Origin: Candidatus Ratteibacteria bacterium
GTDB lineage: Bacteria > Ratteibacteria > UBA8468 > B48-G9 > JAFGKM01
Reading direction: 5' to 3'
Assembly (NCBI GenBank): GCA_046296715.1
Contig: JBKBIN010000012.1
Span: 1 to 36,140 of the forward strand
Length of the DNA stretch: 36,140 nucleotides
Made by a program: the position numbers and the translations under genes. Under the pieces are notes generated by a model. That model worked only from the letters and a program-made list of their open reading frames with translations, was not told where the DNA came from and made no database searches. This document shows, piece after piece, positions 9,989 to 19,176 of the stretch (within the stretch, counting starts at the first letter, position 1; every line of letters starts with the position of its first letter).

Positions 9989-11320
9989 TTATAGTATTGG
10001 TAAATATGTTTCTATTTCATATTCAAAAACTCTTTTTCTATATTCATCCCATTCAATTTTCTTTGCTGTTAGTAAATTTTTATATATATGTTCTCCAAGA
10101 ATTTCTCTTAATAAAACACTCTGCTCTGCTATTTCTATTGCTTCTATTAAACTTCCTGGTAAAACATCAAGCCCTAATCTTTTTCTATCTTCTTCTGTCA
10201 AATGGTAAACATCCATTTCAAGTGGTTCTGGTAAATCGTAATTTCCTTCTATTCCTTTAAGTCCTGCTCTAACCATACAAGAAAAAGCAAGATAAGGATT
10301 ACATGCAGGATCTGGTGAACGAAATTCTATCCTTGTTGATTTTTCTCTACCTGGTCTATACATTGGAACCCTTATTAAAGTGCTTCTGTTTCTTCTTGCC
10401 CAACAAATATATACAGGTGCTTCGTATCCAGGGACAAGTCGTTTATATGAATTTACCCATTGATTACATACGAAAGTTATCTCCTTTGAGTGTTTTAAAA
10501 GACCTGCTATATATTTTTTTGCAATATCACTTAAATAATATTCATCATTGGGATCAAAAAAAGCATTTTTATCTCCTGTAAATAATGATTGATGTGTATG
10601 CATTCCACTTCCATTTACTCCATATATTGGTTTTGGCATAAAAGTCAAATAGAGTCCATATTTAGCAGCAATCTCTTTTGCTATCATTCTATAAAACATA
10701 ACTATATCTGCCATTGTTAAAGCATCTGTATATCTTAAATCTATTTCATGTTGACTTGGTGCTACTTCATGATGTGAATATTCAACTTTTATTCCCATCT
10801 CTTCAAGTGTTAAAATTATTTCTCTTCTTACATCAGTTGCTGCATCAAGTGTTGTTACATCAAAATATCCTCCTTCATCAAGTATCTCTGTTGTCTTATC
10901 ATTCTTAAATATAAAAAATTCAAGTTCAGGACCAACATAAAATTTATATCCTTTTTTTTCTACATATTGAAGGTTTTTCTTTAATACATATCTTGAATCT
11001 CCATCATAAGGAGTCCTATCTGGGTTTAAAATATCACATATCATTGCTGCTACTGCTTTTTCTTTGGGTCTATATGGTAAAATAACAAAAGTAGAAGGAT
11101 CTGGCAAAGCAACCATATCTGATTCATCAATTCTTGCAAAACCCTTTATTGATGAACCATCGAATCCCATACCTTCTTCAAGTGCACGCTCAAGTTCTTC
11201 AACAGGAATGGAAAAACCTTTCATCTGGCCTACAATATCTGAAAAAAATAATCTTATAAACTTTACATCTTTTTCTTTACATATCTTTAAAACATCCTCT
11301 TTATTCAATCCACTAATCAT
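9989..11320 (-). CDS. glnA: Glutamine synthetase type I
   Basis: FDGSSI, GPELEFF, HHEVAPSQHEI, FMPKP..GVNGSGMH, SYKRLVPGYEAP, RIEFRSPD; SD GGAGG. Confidence 0.97.
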   Translation of the reverse strand: MISGLNKEDVLKICKEKDVKFIRLFFSDIVGQMKGFSIPVEELERALEEGMGFDGSSIKGFARIDESDMVALPDPSTFVILPYRPKEKAVAAMICDILNPDRTPYDGDSRYVLKKNLQYVEKKGYKFYVGPELEFFIFKNDKTTEILDEGGYFDVTTLDAATDVRREIILTLEEMGIKVEYSHHEVAPSQHEIDLRYTDALTMADIVMFYRMIAKEIAAKYGLYLTFMPKPIYGVNGSGMHTHQSLFTGDKNAFFDPNDEYYLSDIAKKYIAGLLKHSKEITFVCNQWVNSYKRLVPGYEAPVYICWARRNRSTLIRVPMYRPGREKSTRIEFRSPDPACNPYLAFSCMVRAGLKGIEGNYDLPEPLEMDVYHLTEEDRKRLGLDVLPGSLIEAIEIAEQSVLLREILGEHIYKNLLTAKKIEWDEYRKRVFEYEIETYLPIL

Positions 11321-11996
11321 TTTTATCCTCCTTTTTGTTTAAACTTAAAAAAATTTTAATAATTTTTCTTCCTATTTGCTTTAATATTTTCAATCTTTCA
11401 GTATCAAAATTTATAACTTCAAAACAATTAAGAAGCATTTCATCTATTTCTATATGAAATTGAAAACCATATAAATTTTCACCAACTTTAATTCCTTGAT
11501 TTATATAACAATCTTTCCCTTTTACAATTAAAATTCCTTTTTGTGGTATCTCAAAACAATCTGAATGATATTGAAAAACTGAGAAATTTTTACAAATCCC
11601 ATTAAAAATTTTATCTTTTTCGCCATATTCGGTTAATTCAACATCATAAAATCCTATTTCATTACATTGATTTAAATTGACTTTTGCACCAAAAATTTTA
11701 GCAAGTATTTGTGAACCAAGACATATACCAAGAAATGGAATATTATATTTTTCAATCTCTTTTATAAACTTTTCCTCTTCTTTTAAAAATTTGTATTTTT
11801 CAACTTCATAAACATTCATAGGCCCACCAAGAGAAATCACATTTTTCATATTTTCAAAATCCTTTGGTAATTTATCACCTTTTTCAAAATCAACAATAGA
11901 ATAATTTAAATTCTCTTCTTTCAAAATTTGTTCAATTATTCCAGGTCTTTCTTCAACTTTATGTTTTATTATTAAAATATAATCTTTATTTTCCAT
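11313..11996 (-). CDS. Class I glutamine amidotransferase-like protein (stand-alone)
   Basis: LGGPMNVYE, LGICLGSQ (nucleophile Cys), FQYHSD, GFQFHIE (His-x-Glu). Confidence 0.85.
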   Translation of the reverse strand: MENKDYILIIKHKVEERPGIIEQILKEENLNYSIVDFEKGDKLPKDFENMKNVISLGGPMNVYEVEKYKFLKEEEKFIKEIEKYNIPFLGICLGSQILAKIFGAKVNLNQCNEIGFYDVELTEYGEKDKIFNGICKNFSVFQYHSDCFEIPQKGILIVKGKDCYINQGIKVGENLYGFQFHIEIDEMLLNCFEVINFDTERLKILKQIGRKIIKIFLSLNKKEDKND

Positions 11997-12014
11997 TTTT
12001 TCAAATTTTATATT

Positions 12015-12353
12015 TTAAATGGCTTTTTCACCTCTTTCTTCTGTCCTTATCCTTATAGCATTTTCTATATTTGAAATAAAAATCTTTCCATCCCCTATTT
12101 CTCCTGTTTTAGCAGAATTAACAATGGACATAATTATATTTTCAACATCTTTATCTTTTACAACTATCTCTATTTTTATTTTAGGTATAAGTTCTATTTT
12201 ATATTTTTCACCTCTCCATTGTTGAACTAATCCTTCTTGTCTACCATAACCTTCTATTTCACTAATCATTAAACCTACACATCCTGCTTTTTTTAAAGCA
12301 TTACGAACTTCATCTAATTTCTCAGGTCTAATAATTGCTTCAATTTTTTTCAT
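12015..12353 (-). CDS. glnK: P-II nitrogen regulator (amt-linked, GlnK-type), 112 aa
   Basis: MKKIEAIIRPEK, GYGRQ.G, RGEKY, PKIKIE, TGEIGDGKIF, RIRT; ATG 12353 has SD GGAGG and gives the canonical 112 aa. Confidence 0.93.
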   Translation of the reverse strand: MKKIEAIIRPEKLDEVRNALKKAGCVGLMISEIEGYGRQEGLVQQWRGEKYKIELIPKIKIEIVVKDKDVENIIMSIVNSAKTGEIGDGKIFISNIENAIRIRTEERGEKAI

Positions 12354-13710
12354 TTCTTCCTCCATTTATAAATTCAAATTCCTTATTTTCTTTCTCTACA
12401 GTTCCTAAAAAAGAATAGGCAGGTTTCCTAATTAAAAATTCTGGATAAGATGAATTTCCATGTGCACCTATATCCAATCCTTCAATCTCTTCTTGCAAAC
12501 TAACCCTAATTCCTATTGTTTTTTTAAGAACTAACCATATTATAAATGAAACAAGGAAAGTATATGCTGCAACACTAACTATACCTGTAAGTTGTGCCTT
12601 CAATAATTTTGTTCCTCCACCAAAAAATAAACCATTATCAATATTCATTCCAGCTATTTTATCCTGTGCAAAAAGTCCTACACAAATTGTTCCAAAAATT
12701 CCATTGACTAAATGCACAGATAAAGCACCAACTGGGTCGTCTATCTTTAGTTTATCAAAACCTATAACTGCCAGCACAACTAAAATTCCTGCAATCAATC
12801 CAATGATAAGGGAACTGCCAATACTTACAAAAGCACAAGATGCAGTTATTGCAACTAAACCTGCAAGACATCCATTAAGAGTCATCCCTAAATCAGGTTT
12901 ACCCAAAAGAACCCATGACATTACTGTTGAAATCATAATACTTGCTGCAGCTGATGTGTTAGTAGTAACTGCAATATGACTGATAGCAACAGGGTCTGCA
13001 CTCATAGTTGAACCAGGATTAAAACCAAACCAGCCAAACCATAAGACAAAAATTCCAATAGTTGCTAATGGTAAACTATGTCCTAAAATAGGGTTAATTT
13101 TATTATTGTTATATTTTCCGAATCTTGGTCCTAATAATAATATTCCAGCAAGCGCTGCCCAACCACCTACTGAATGAACAACAGTTGAACCAGCAAAATC
13201 TAACATTCCTTTTTCCTGTAAAAATCCTCCACCCCACATCCAGTGCCCTACTACTGGATAGATGAACATAGTCATAGCGAAAGAGAATATAATAAAAGAG
13301 ATATATTTTATTCTCTCTGCTACTGCACCAGAAACAATAGTAGCAACAGTTCCACAAAAAACTAATTGAAAGAAAAATTTTGCCCATAAAGGAACAGCCG
13401 TCCAAGAAATTGCAGAATAAACTCTTTTATATGCTTGACCAGTTGCAGGTGAATTATCTAACCCACTTACAAACCATAATCCTTTCAGTCCAATAAATGA
13501 ATTACCATCACCAAACATTAACCCCCATCCTAAGATTAAAAATCCTAATGAAGATATAGCAAAGACAATAAAATTCTTGGATAAAATATTCACACAATTT
13601 TTTGCTCTTGTAAACCCTGTTTCAACCATTGCAAACCCTAAATTCATAAAGAAAACTAACTTTGCTGTTACTAAAACCCATATTGTGTTTACCACAACCT
13701 GCACATCCAT
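12340..13710 (-). CDS. amtB: Ammonium transporter
   Basis: LVFFMNLGFAMVETG, FFQLVF, SGAVAER, DFAGSTVVH, WFGWFGFN, DDPVGALSVH (twin His present); ATG 13710 has SD GGAGG (the upstream ORF extension runs through the terminator). Confidence 0.96.
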   Translation of the reverse strand: MDVQVVVNTIWVLVTAKLVFFMNLGFAMVETGFTRAKNCVNILSKNFIVFAISSLGFLILGWGLMFGDGNSFIGLKGLWFVSGLDNSPATGQAYKRVYSAISWTAVPLWAKFFFQLVFCGTVATIVSGAVAERIKYISFIIFSFAMTMFIYPVVGHWMWGGGFLQEKGMLDFAGSTVVHSVGGWAALAGILLLGPRFGKYNNNKINPILGHSLPLATIGIFVLWFGWFGFNPGSTMSADPVAISHIAVTTNTSAAASIMISTVMSWVLLGKPDLGMTLNGCLAGLVAITASCAFVSIGSSLIIGLIAGILVVLAVIGFDKLKIDDPVGALSVHLVNGIFGTICVGLFAQDKIAGMNIDNGLFFGGGTKLLKAQLTGIVSVAAYTFLVSFIIWLVLKKTIGIRVSLQEEIEGLDIGAHGNSSYPEFLIRKPAYSFLGTVEKENKEFEFINGGRNEKN

Positions 13711-13750
13711 TTTTCCCTCCTTTTTACTATTTTTTTCACCTTTTAAAAAT

Positions 13751-13795
13751 AAAAAAAGGCGTTTTTCATCCACCTTCGGGATTCAAAACGCCTTT
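13751..13795 (-). terminator. Intrinsic terminator (attenuator) in the amtB leader
   Basis: Minus strand AAAGGCGTTTT-GA-ATCC-cgaaggt-GGAT-GA-AAAACGCC-TTTTTTT, 40 nt before the amtB start. Confidence 0.85.
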
Positions 13796-13830
13796 GTTAT
13801 TCTTTTATATCTTTTTACGCCTCAGTGCGC
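13787..13830 (-). promoter_or_regulatory. ANTAR-type dual hairpin RNA motif (P1/P2) overlapping the terminator
   Basis: P1 GCGC-ACUGAG-GCGU (13830-13817), 18 nt linker, P2 AAC-AAAGGC-GUU (13798-13787); both hexaloops have A1 and G4; P2 overlaps the terminator 5' arm. Confidence 0.8.
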
Positions 13831-13853
13831 CTTTAAATATACAAGTAAAAATA

Positions 13854-14369
13854 CTACCTATTTTGGTAACACTTTATTTCTCCTACCAAATAAGGTTTGA
13901 GTTTCTCTCTAATCCTTCGTTGTAATTTCACTACTCTTACATGAGAAATCCCAAGTTTTTTCCCAATTTCTCTTATTGTTAATCCTTCCAAAGAAAAGCA
14001 AAAAACTTCTTTTTCTCTTTTTGTAAGAAGATTATTATCTAAAATATGGTCAATAAAAACTTTATATTGAAAATTTTCGGTATAACCTGGTTCAAAATAC
14101 TGATTTTCTTCTATTGTTTTCTCAAGACTTACCAAGTTGAGTTTAACAAAATTTTTCCTAATATAATTCTTTAGATAAAAATAACATCCTTGTAATATAT
14201 AACTATCAGCTTTACCATTTAATTTTCCTTCTTTAAAATTTAACCATAGATGTAATAATGCTTCCTGATAGAGGTCATTTTTGTCAAATATAGGAGTATT
14301 TCTTTGCAATTTTTTCACAATCTCTTCAAGTTTCTTGGATATTCTCTGTAAAAGTTCTTGGTAGCTCAT
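13854..14369 (-). CDS. Small sigma70-family (ECF-sized) RNA polymerase sigma factor
   Basis: 171 aa; region 2-like DLYQEALLHLW; region 4 HTH LTKREKEVF...EGLTIREIGKKLGISHVRV; SD GAGG. Confidence 0.82.
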   Translation of the reverse strand: MSYQELLQRISKKLEEIVKKLQRNTPIFDKNDLYQEALLHLWLNFKEGKLNGKADSYILQGCYFYLKNYIRKNFVKLNLVSLEKTIEENQYFEPGYTENFQYKVFIDHILDNNLLTKREKEVFCFSLEGLTIREIGKKLGISHVRVVKLQRRIREKLKPYLVGEIKCYQNR

Positions 14370-14380
14370 AGTTTCCTCGT

Positions 14381-15973
14381 TTATAACTGGTATTTATTAG
14401 TAATTGGCATCCTTCTATCTTTACCAAATGCTTTTGGTGTTATCTTTACTCCAGGCGGTGATTGTCTTCTTTTATATTCACTTCTATCAACCATTTTTAT
14501 TACTTTTTTTACAACTTCTCTATCAAAACCTATATTTACAATTTCATCATATCCTTTATCATTTTCTATATATTCCTCTAAAACACTATCAAGTATTTCA
14601 TAAGGTGGCAATGTATCTGAATCTTTTTGGTTTTCTCTTAATTCTGCAGTAGGTTCTTTAGTTAAAATATTTTCTGGAATAACAGGATTTATTGAATTTC
14701 TCCATTTTGCGATTTTATATACCATAGTTTTATATAAATCCTTTATAACTGCGAATCCACCAGCCATATCTCCATATAAAGTTGCATATCCAACACTCAT
14801 TTCTGATTTATTCCCTGTTGTTAAAACAAGATATCCAAACTTATTTGATAATGCCATCAAAATATTCCCTCTTATCCTTGCCTGTATATTTTCTTCTGTA
14901 ATATCAAAAGGTAAGTCATTAAAAATTTCTTTTAATGTTTCAAGATAAGAGGAAAAAATTTTTTCAATAGGTATAACAATACATTTAATCCCAAGATTTT
15001 CTGAAAGTTTTTTTGCATCTTCATAAGATTGAGAGGAGGAAAACCTTGAAGGCATAAAAACACCAATAACATTTTCTTTTCCAAGAGCATCAGTTGCAAT
15101 TGTTGCTACAAGAGAAGAATCAATTCCACCACTTAAACCAATAATAACTTTTTTGAAATTATTTTTATAAACATAATCTCTCAATCCACAGATAAGTGCC
15201 TTATATATTTCCTCCGATTCACCAATTTTTTCAGTTTTTTCATTTTTATCTTCTGTTGAAAAAATAATAATTTCCTCTTCAAAAATTTTCCCTTTCTTTA
15301 TAATTTCACCTATTGGGTTTACAGCAAAACTTTGACCATCAAAAACAAGTTCATCTTGTCCACCAACAAGATTTGTGTAAAATAAAAAAATATTATTTTT
15401 GACACATATATCTTTTACAATTTTCTCTCTTACATTTATTTTACCAAAATGGTATGGAGATGCATTTAAAACAAAAATATATTCTGCTCCTTTTTCTATC
15501 TGTTTTTTATATGGACCATTTTTATGCCATATATCTTCACAAATAACTACACCAAAATTTATTTCATTAACTTTAAAAAAGCCAATCGTTTTCCCTTCAG
15601 AAAAATATCTTTTTTCATCAAATACACCATAATTTGGAAGTATTTTTTTGTTGTAAACTCCAATTAATTTACCTTTGTATATTACTCCAGCTGAATTGTA
15701 TATGTTATTATTCACTTTATTAACAAAACCAACAATAACAATACTCTTTTTAACTGCTTTTCTTATCCTATCAAATGCTTTTAGATTATCTATTATAAAA
15801 CTACTTTTTAATAATAAATCTTCTGGTGGATATCCTGTAATAGATAATTCTGGAAAACAAATAAAATCACAATTCTCCATTTCTCCTTTTTCAATTGCTT
15901 TTATTATCTTTTCACTATTTTTCTCTATATCTCCAACAGTAAAATTCAATTGACATAAAGCAATTTTAGCCAT
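14381..15973 (-). CDS. nadE: Glutamine-dependent NAD+ synthetase
   Basis: Nitrilase domain (FPELSITGYPPEDL, LPNYGVFDEKRYF, ICEDIW) plus synthetase domain (GLSGGIDS, ENIQARIRG, TGNKSE, GYATLYGD). Confidence 0.96.
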   Translation of the reverse strand: MAKIALCQLNFTVGDIEKNSEKIIKAIEKGEMENCDFICFPELSITGYPPEDLLLKSSFIIDNLKAFDRIRKAVKKSIVIVGFVNKVNNNIYNSAGVIYKGKLIGVYNKKILPNYGVFDEKRYFSEGKTIGFFKVNEINFGVVICEDIWHKNGPYKKQIEKGAEYIFVLNASPYHFGKINVREKIVKDICVKNNIFLFYTNLVGGQDELVFDGQSFAVNPIGEIIKKGKIFEEEIIIFSTEDKNEKTEKIGESEEIYKALICGLRDYVYKNNFKKVIIGLSGGIDSSLVATIATDALGKENVIGVFMPSRFSSSQSYEDAKKLSENLGIKCIVIPIEKIFSSYLETLKEIFNDLPFDITEENIQARIRGNILMALSNKFGYLVLTTGNKSEMSVGYATLYGDMAGGFAVIKDLYKTMVYKIAKWRNSINPVIPENILTKEPTAELRENQKDSDTLPPYEILDSVLEEYIENDKGYDEIVNIGFDREVVKKVIKMVDRSEYKRRQSPPGVKITPKAFGKDRRMPITNKYQL

Positions 15974-15977
15974 GGAT

Positions 15978-16037
15978 ACCTCCTTTGATTTTCCCCTCTT
16001 TGGGCAAGGACTTCTTTGTTATGGTGAGAACTTCCTC
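15978..16037 (-). promoter_or_regulatory. Tandem short hexaloop hairpins (ANTAR-like) in the nadE leader, the last covering the SD
   Basis: Minus strand GAG-GAAGUU-CUC, AC-AAAGAA-GU, CCC-AAAGAG-GGG, AUC-AAAGGA-GGU; TTGACA at 16072-16067 upstream. Confidence 0.55.
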
Positions 16038-16096
16038 TTTTTTATTTTTTCATATATTAAATTTTATGTCAAATTTTTCATTAAATGGCTGTAAAA

Positions 16097-17617
16097 TTAT
16101 TCCCATTCAATTGTTGCTGGTGGTTTTGAAGTTATATCACATACAACTCTGTTAACACCTTTTACTTCATTCACAATTCTATTTGACATTCTTTCTAATA
16201 TCTTATAAGGGATCTTTACCCAGTCAGCAGTCATTCCATCCTTACTTTTTACTATTCTTATAGCAATAACATTTTCATATGTCCTTTTATCTCCCATAAT
16301 ACCTACACTTTTTATAGGTAATAGCACTGCAAAAGCTTGCCATATTTTATTGTAAAGATTTGCTCTTTTAATCTCTTGTTCAACAATGATATCAGCATTT
16401 TTTAATATTTCAAGTTTTTGTTTTGTTATACTACCAATAATTCTAACAGCAAGGCCAGGACCTGGAAATGGATGTCTATTTATTATAAAATCAGGTAGAT
16501 TTAATTTTTTCGCAATTTTTCTTACTTCATCTTTAAAAAGAAATTTAAATGGCTCAATAAGTTTAAATTTCATTCTTTCAGGTAGTCCTCCAACATTATG
16601 GTGTGTCTTTATTCTTACTGAAGGACCTCTAAAAGGCGACATACTTTCTATAACATCAGGGTATAATGTCCCTTGAGCAAGATATTCAGCACCGAATTTT
16701 TCTCCTTCTTTTTCAAATATCTCAATAAATGTATTACCTATAATTTTTCTTTTCTCTTCAGGATCTTCAATTTTCTCTAATTTTTTAAGAAATATCTCTG
16801 TGGCATCTATATATTTAAAGTTTACTCTTCCTTTAAAAAAATTTATTATTCCATCTGGCTCATTTTTCCTTAAAAGTCCATTGTTTACAAATATACTTAA
16901 AGAATTTCCACCGCAAACCTCATTTAAAATCAAAGATAAAACAGAAGAATCAACTCCTCCACTTAAAGCACATATAACTTTTTTATTGTTTACTTCTTGT
17001 TTAATTTCGCTTTTAATCTTTTGAATTATAGAACCAGGATTCCAGTTAGGTTTTAAATTACATATATTAAATAAAAAATTCTTTAATATTTTCTTGCCAC
17101 CTTCTGTATGAACTACTTCTGGATGAAATTGAACTCCATAAATTTTCTTATTTTTATCTCTAATTGCACCTATCTTGATATTCTCTGTTCTTCCTATTAC
17201 TTTGAAATTTTTAGGCAGTTTACTCACATAATCCCAATGACTCATCCAAACTATAGTTTTATCTTTTAAGGTACTAAAAATTTCCTCAGTTGTATCAGGA
17301 TAGAAAATTGTTTTCCCATATTCCCTTATATCTCCATGAACAACTTCTCCTCCAAAATATTTTGCTAAAAGTTGCATTCCATAACAAATCCCCAAAATAT
17401 AAAACTCTTTATCTTCAAAAATTCTACTATCAAGTTTAAAATCTTTCTCATTTATATGACCTGGACCTCCTGATAAAATTATAACTTTTACATTTTTTGC
17501 CTTTAATTCTTCATATTTTATTGAAAAAGAGAAAATTTCACAATAAATATTCAGTTCTCTAACTCTTCTTGCTATTAGTTGTACATATTGTGAGCCAAAG
17601 TCAATTATCGCAACCAT
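16097..17617 (-). CDS. guaA: GMP synthase (glutamine-hydrolysing)
   Basis: IDFGSQY, GICYGMQ, QFHPEV, LSGGVDS, QGTLYPDVIES, IKTHHNVGGLP, KPPATIEWE. Confidence 0.97.
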   Translation of the reverse strand: MVAIIDFGSQYVQLIARRVRELNIYCEIFSFSIKYEELKAKNVKVIILSGGPGHINEKDFKLDSRIFEDKEFYILGICYGMQLLAKYFGGEVVHGDIREYGKTIFYPDTTEEIFSTLKDKTIVWMSHWDYVSKLPKNFKVIGRTENIKIGAIRDKNKKIYGVQFHPEVVHTEGGKKILKNFLFNICNLKPNWNPGSIIQKIKSEIKQEVNNKKVICALSGGVDSSVLSLILNEVCGGNSLSIFVNNGLLRKNEPDGIINFFKGRVNFKYIDATEIFLKKLEKIEDPEEKRKIIGNTFIEIFEKEGEKFGAEYLAQGTLYPDVIESMSPFRGPSVRIKTHHNVGGLPERMKFKLIEPFKFLFKDEVRKIAKKLNLPDFIINRHPFPGPGLAVRIIGSITKQKLEILKNADIIVEQEIKRANLYNKIWQAFAVLLPIKSVGIMGDKRTYENVIAIRIVKSKDGMTADWVKIPYKILERMSNRIVNEVKGVNRVVCDITSKPPATIEWE

Positions 17618-19175
17618 TTTTTTCTTTTAGTTTATAATATTCTTTAATCTCTCTTACAGTTATACCTGTCTCTTTAAGTTTTTTTATTGCAAATAATGTT
17701 GCTTTTGCACCTGGAATTGTAGTTACAAGAGGTATATTCCTTTGAACAGCAATAGTCCTGATTGAAACAATATCTTTTTTAGGTTTTTTACCAGAAGGTG
17801 TATTTATTATCAGTGAAATTTCGTTATTTATTACATAATCAAGAATATTTGGTCTACCTTCATAAATTTTAGGAATTATCTTTACAGGTATGCTTTTTTC
17901 TTTTAAATATTTTCCAGTTCCAGAACTTGCAAGAATTTCAAAATTTAGATTTATAAGTTCTTTTGCTATAGAAACAATTTGTGGTTTGTCTTTATCTTTT
18001 ACACTTATAAATACTTTTCCAGATAAAGGTAATTTTTGTCCTGCTGCAATCTGACTTTTAGCATATGCAATTTCAAAACTTTCATCTATACCCATTACTT
18101 CTCCTGTTGATTTCATTTCAGGTCCTAAAACAGCATCTACATTTCCAAATCTATTAAATGGAAAAACTGACTCTTTTACAGCATAATAATTTATCTTAAC
18201 TTCTTTTTCAAATTTAAGTTCTTTTAATGTCTTTCCTATCATAATCTTTGTTGCAAGTTTTGCAAGAGGGATACCAATTGCTTTACTTACAAATGGAACT
18301 GTTCTTGATGCTCGTGGATTTACTTCCAACACATAAATTTTTCCATTTTTTATAGCATATTGAATATTTATCAGCCCCTTTATATTTAATGATAGAGCCA
18401 ATTTTTTAGTTGACTCTTTAATTTCTTCAATTATTTCCTTTTTTAAACTATATGGCGGCAAAACCATAGCGCTATCTCCTGAATGTATTCCTGCTTCCTC
18501 TATATGCTCCATTACTCCTCCAATAACACATATTTTTCCATCACATATTGCATCAACATCAACTTCTATTGCATCTTCAAGAAATTTATCAATTAAAATT
18601 GGATGCTCAGGTGAAACCTCAACAGCTTTTTCAATAAACTCTTTTAAAGATTCTTCGTCATAAACAATCTCCATTGCTCTTCCACCAAGAACATATGAAG
18701 GCCTAACTAAAACTGGATAACCAAGTTTACCAGCAATAACTTTTGCTTCTTGGTAAGTAAAAGCAGTTCCGTTTGGTGGCTGATTTAATTTTAATCTTTT
18801 TATTAATTCACTAAATTTTTCCCTATCTTCTGCTATGTCAATTGCTACAGGATCAGTCCCAAGAATCTTAACTCCAGCGTTCTTCAATGGAATTGCAAGT
18901 TTTAAAGGTGTTTGTCCACCAAATTGTAATATAACACCTTCTGGCTTTTCTTTATCAATAACATTTAAAACATCTTCAAGTGTTAATGGTTCAAAGTAAA
19001 GTCGTGTTGATGTATCATAGTCAGTACTTACTGTTTCTGGATTACAGTTTATCATTATACTATCATATCCTTCCTCTTTTAATGCAAAAGAAGCATGAAC
19101 ACAGCAGTAATCAAATTCTATTCCTTGCCCTATTCTATTAGGTCCTCCACCAAGAATAACAACTTTCTCGTTCAT
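17601..19175 (-). CDS. carB: Carbamoyl-phosphate synthase large subunit, C-terminal half
   Basis: GGGPNRIGQGIEFDY, RPSYVLGGRAM, AGIHSGDS, EVNPRASRT, C-terminal MGS-like domain. Confidence 0.93.
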   Translation of the reverse strand: MNEKVVILGGGPNRIGQGIEFDYCCVHASFALKEEGYDSIMINCNPETVSTDYDTSTRLYFEPLTLEDVLNVIDKEKPEGVILQFGGQTPLKLAIPLKNAGVKILGTDPVAIDIAEDREKFSELIKRLKLNQPPNGTAFTYQEAKVIAGKLGYPVLVRPSYVLGGRAMEIVYDEESLKEFIEKAVEVSPEHPILIDKFLEDAIEVDVDAICDGKICVIGGVMEHIEEAGIHSGDSAMVLPPYSLKKEIIEEIKESTKKLALSLNIKGLINIQYAIKNGKIYVLEVNPRASRTVPFVSKAIGIPLAKLATKIMIGKTLKELKFEKEVKINYYAVKESVFPFNRFGNVDAVLGPEMKSTGEVMGIDESFEIAYAKSQIAAGQKLPLSGKVFISVKDKDKPQIVSIAKELINLNFEILASSGTGKYLKEKSIPVKIIPKIYEGRPNILDYVINNEISLIINTPSGKKPKKDIVSIRTIAVQRNIPLVTTIPGAKATLFAIKKLKETGITVREIKEYYKLKEKNGCDN

Positions 19176-19176
19176 T

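Noticed and set aside
13711..13773. N-terminal extension of AmtB in the ORF track (MDEKRLFLF...)
   Set aside because: It runs through the terminator; ATG 13710 has a strong SD.
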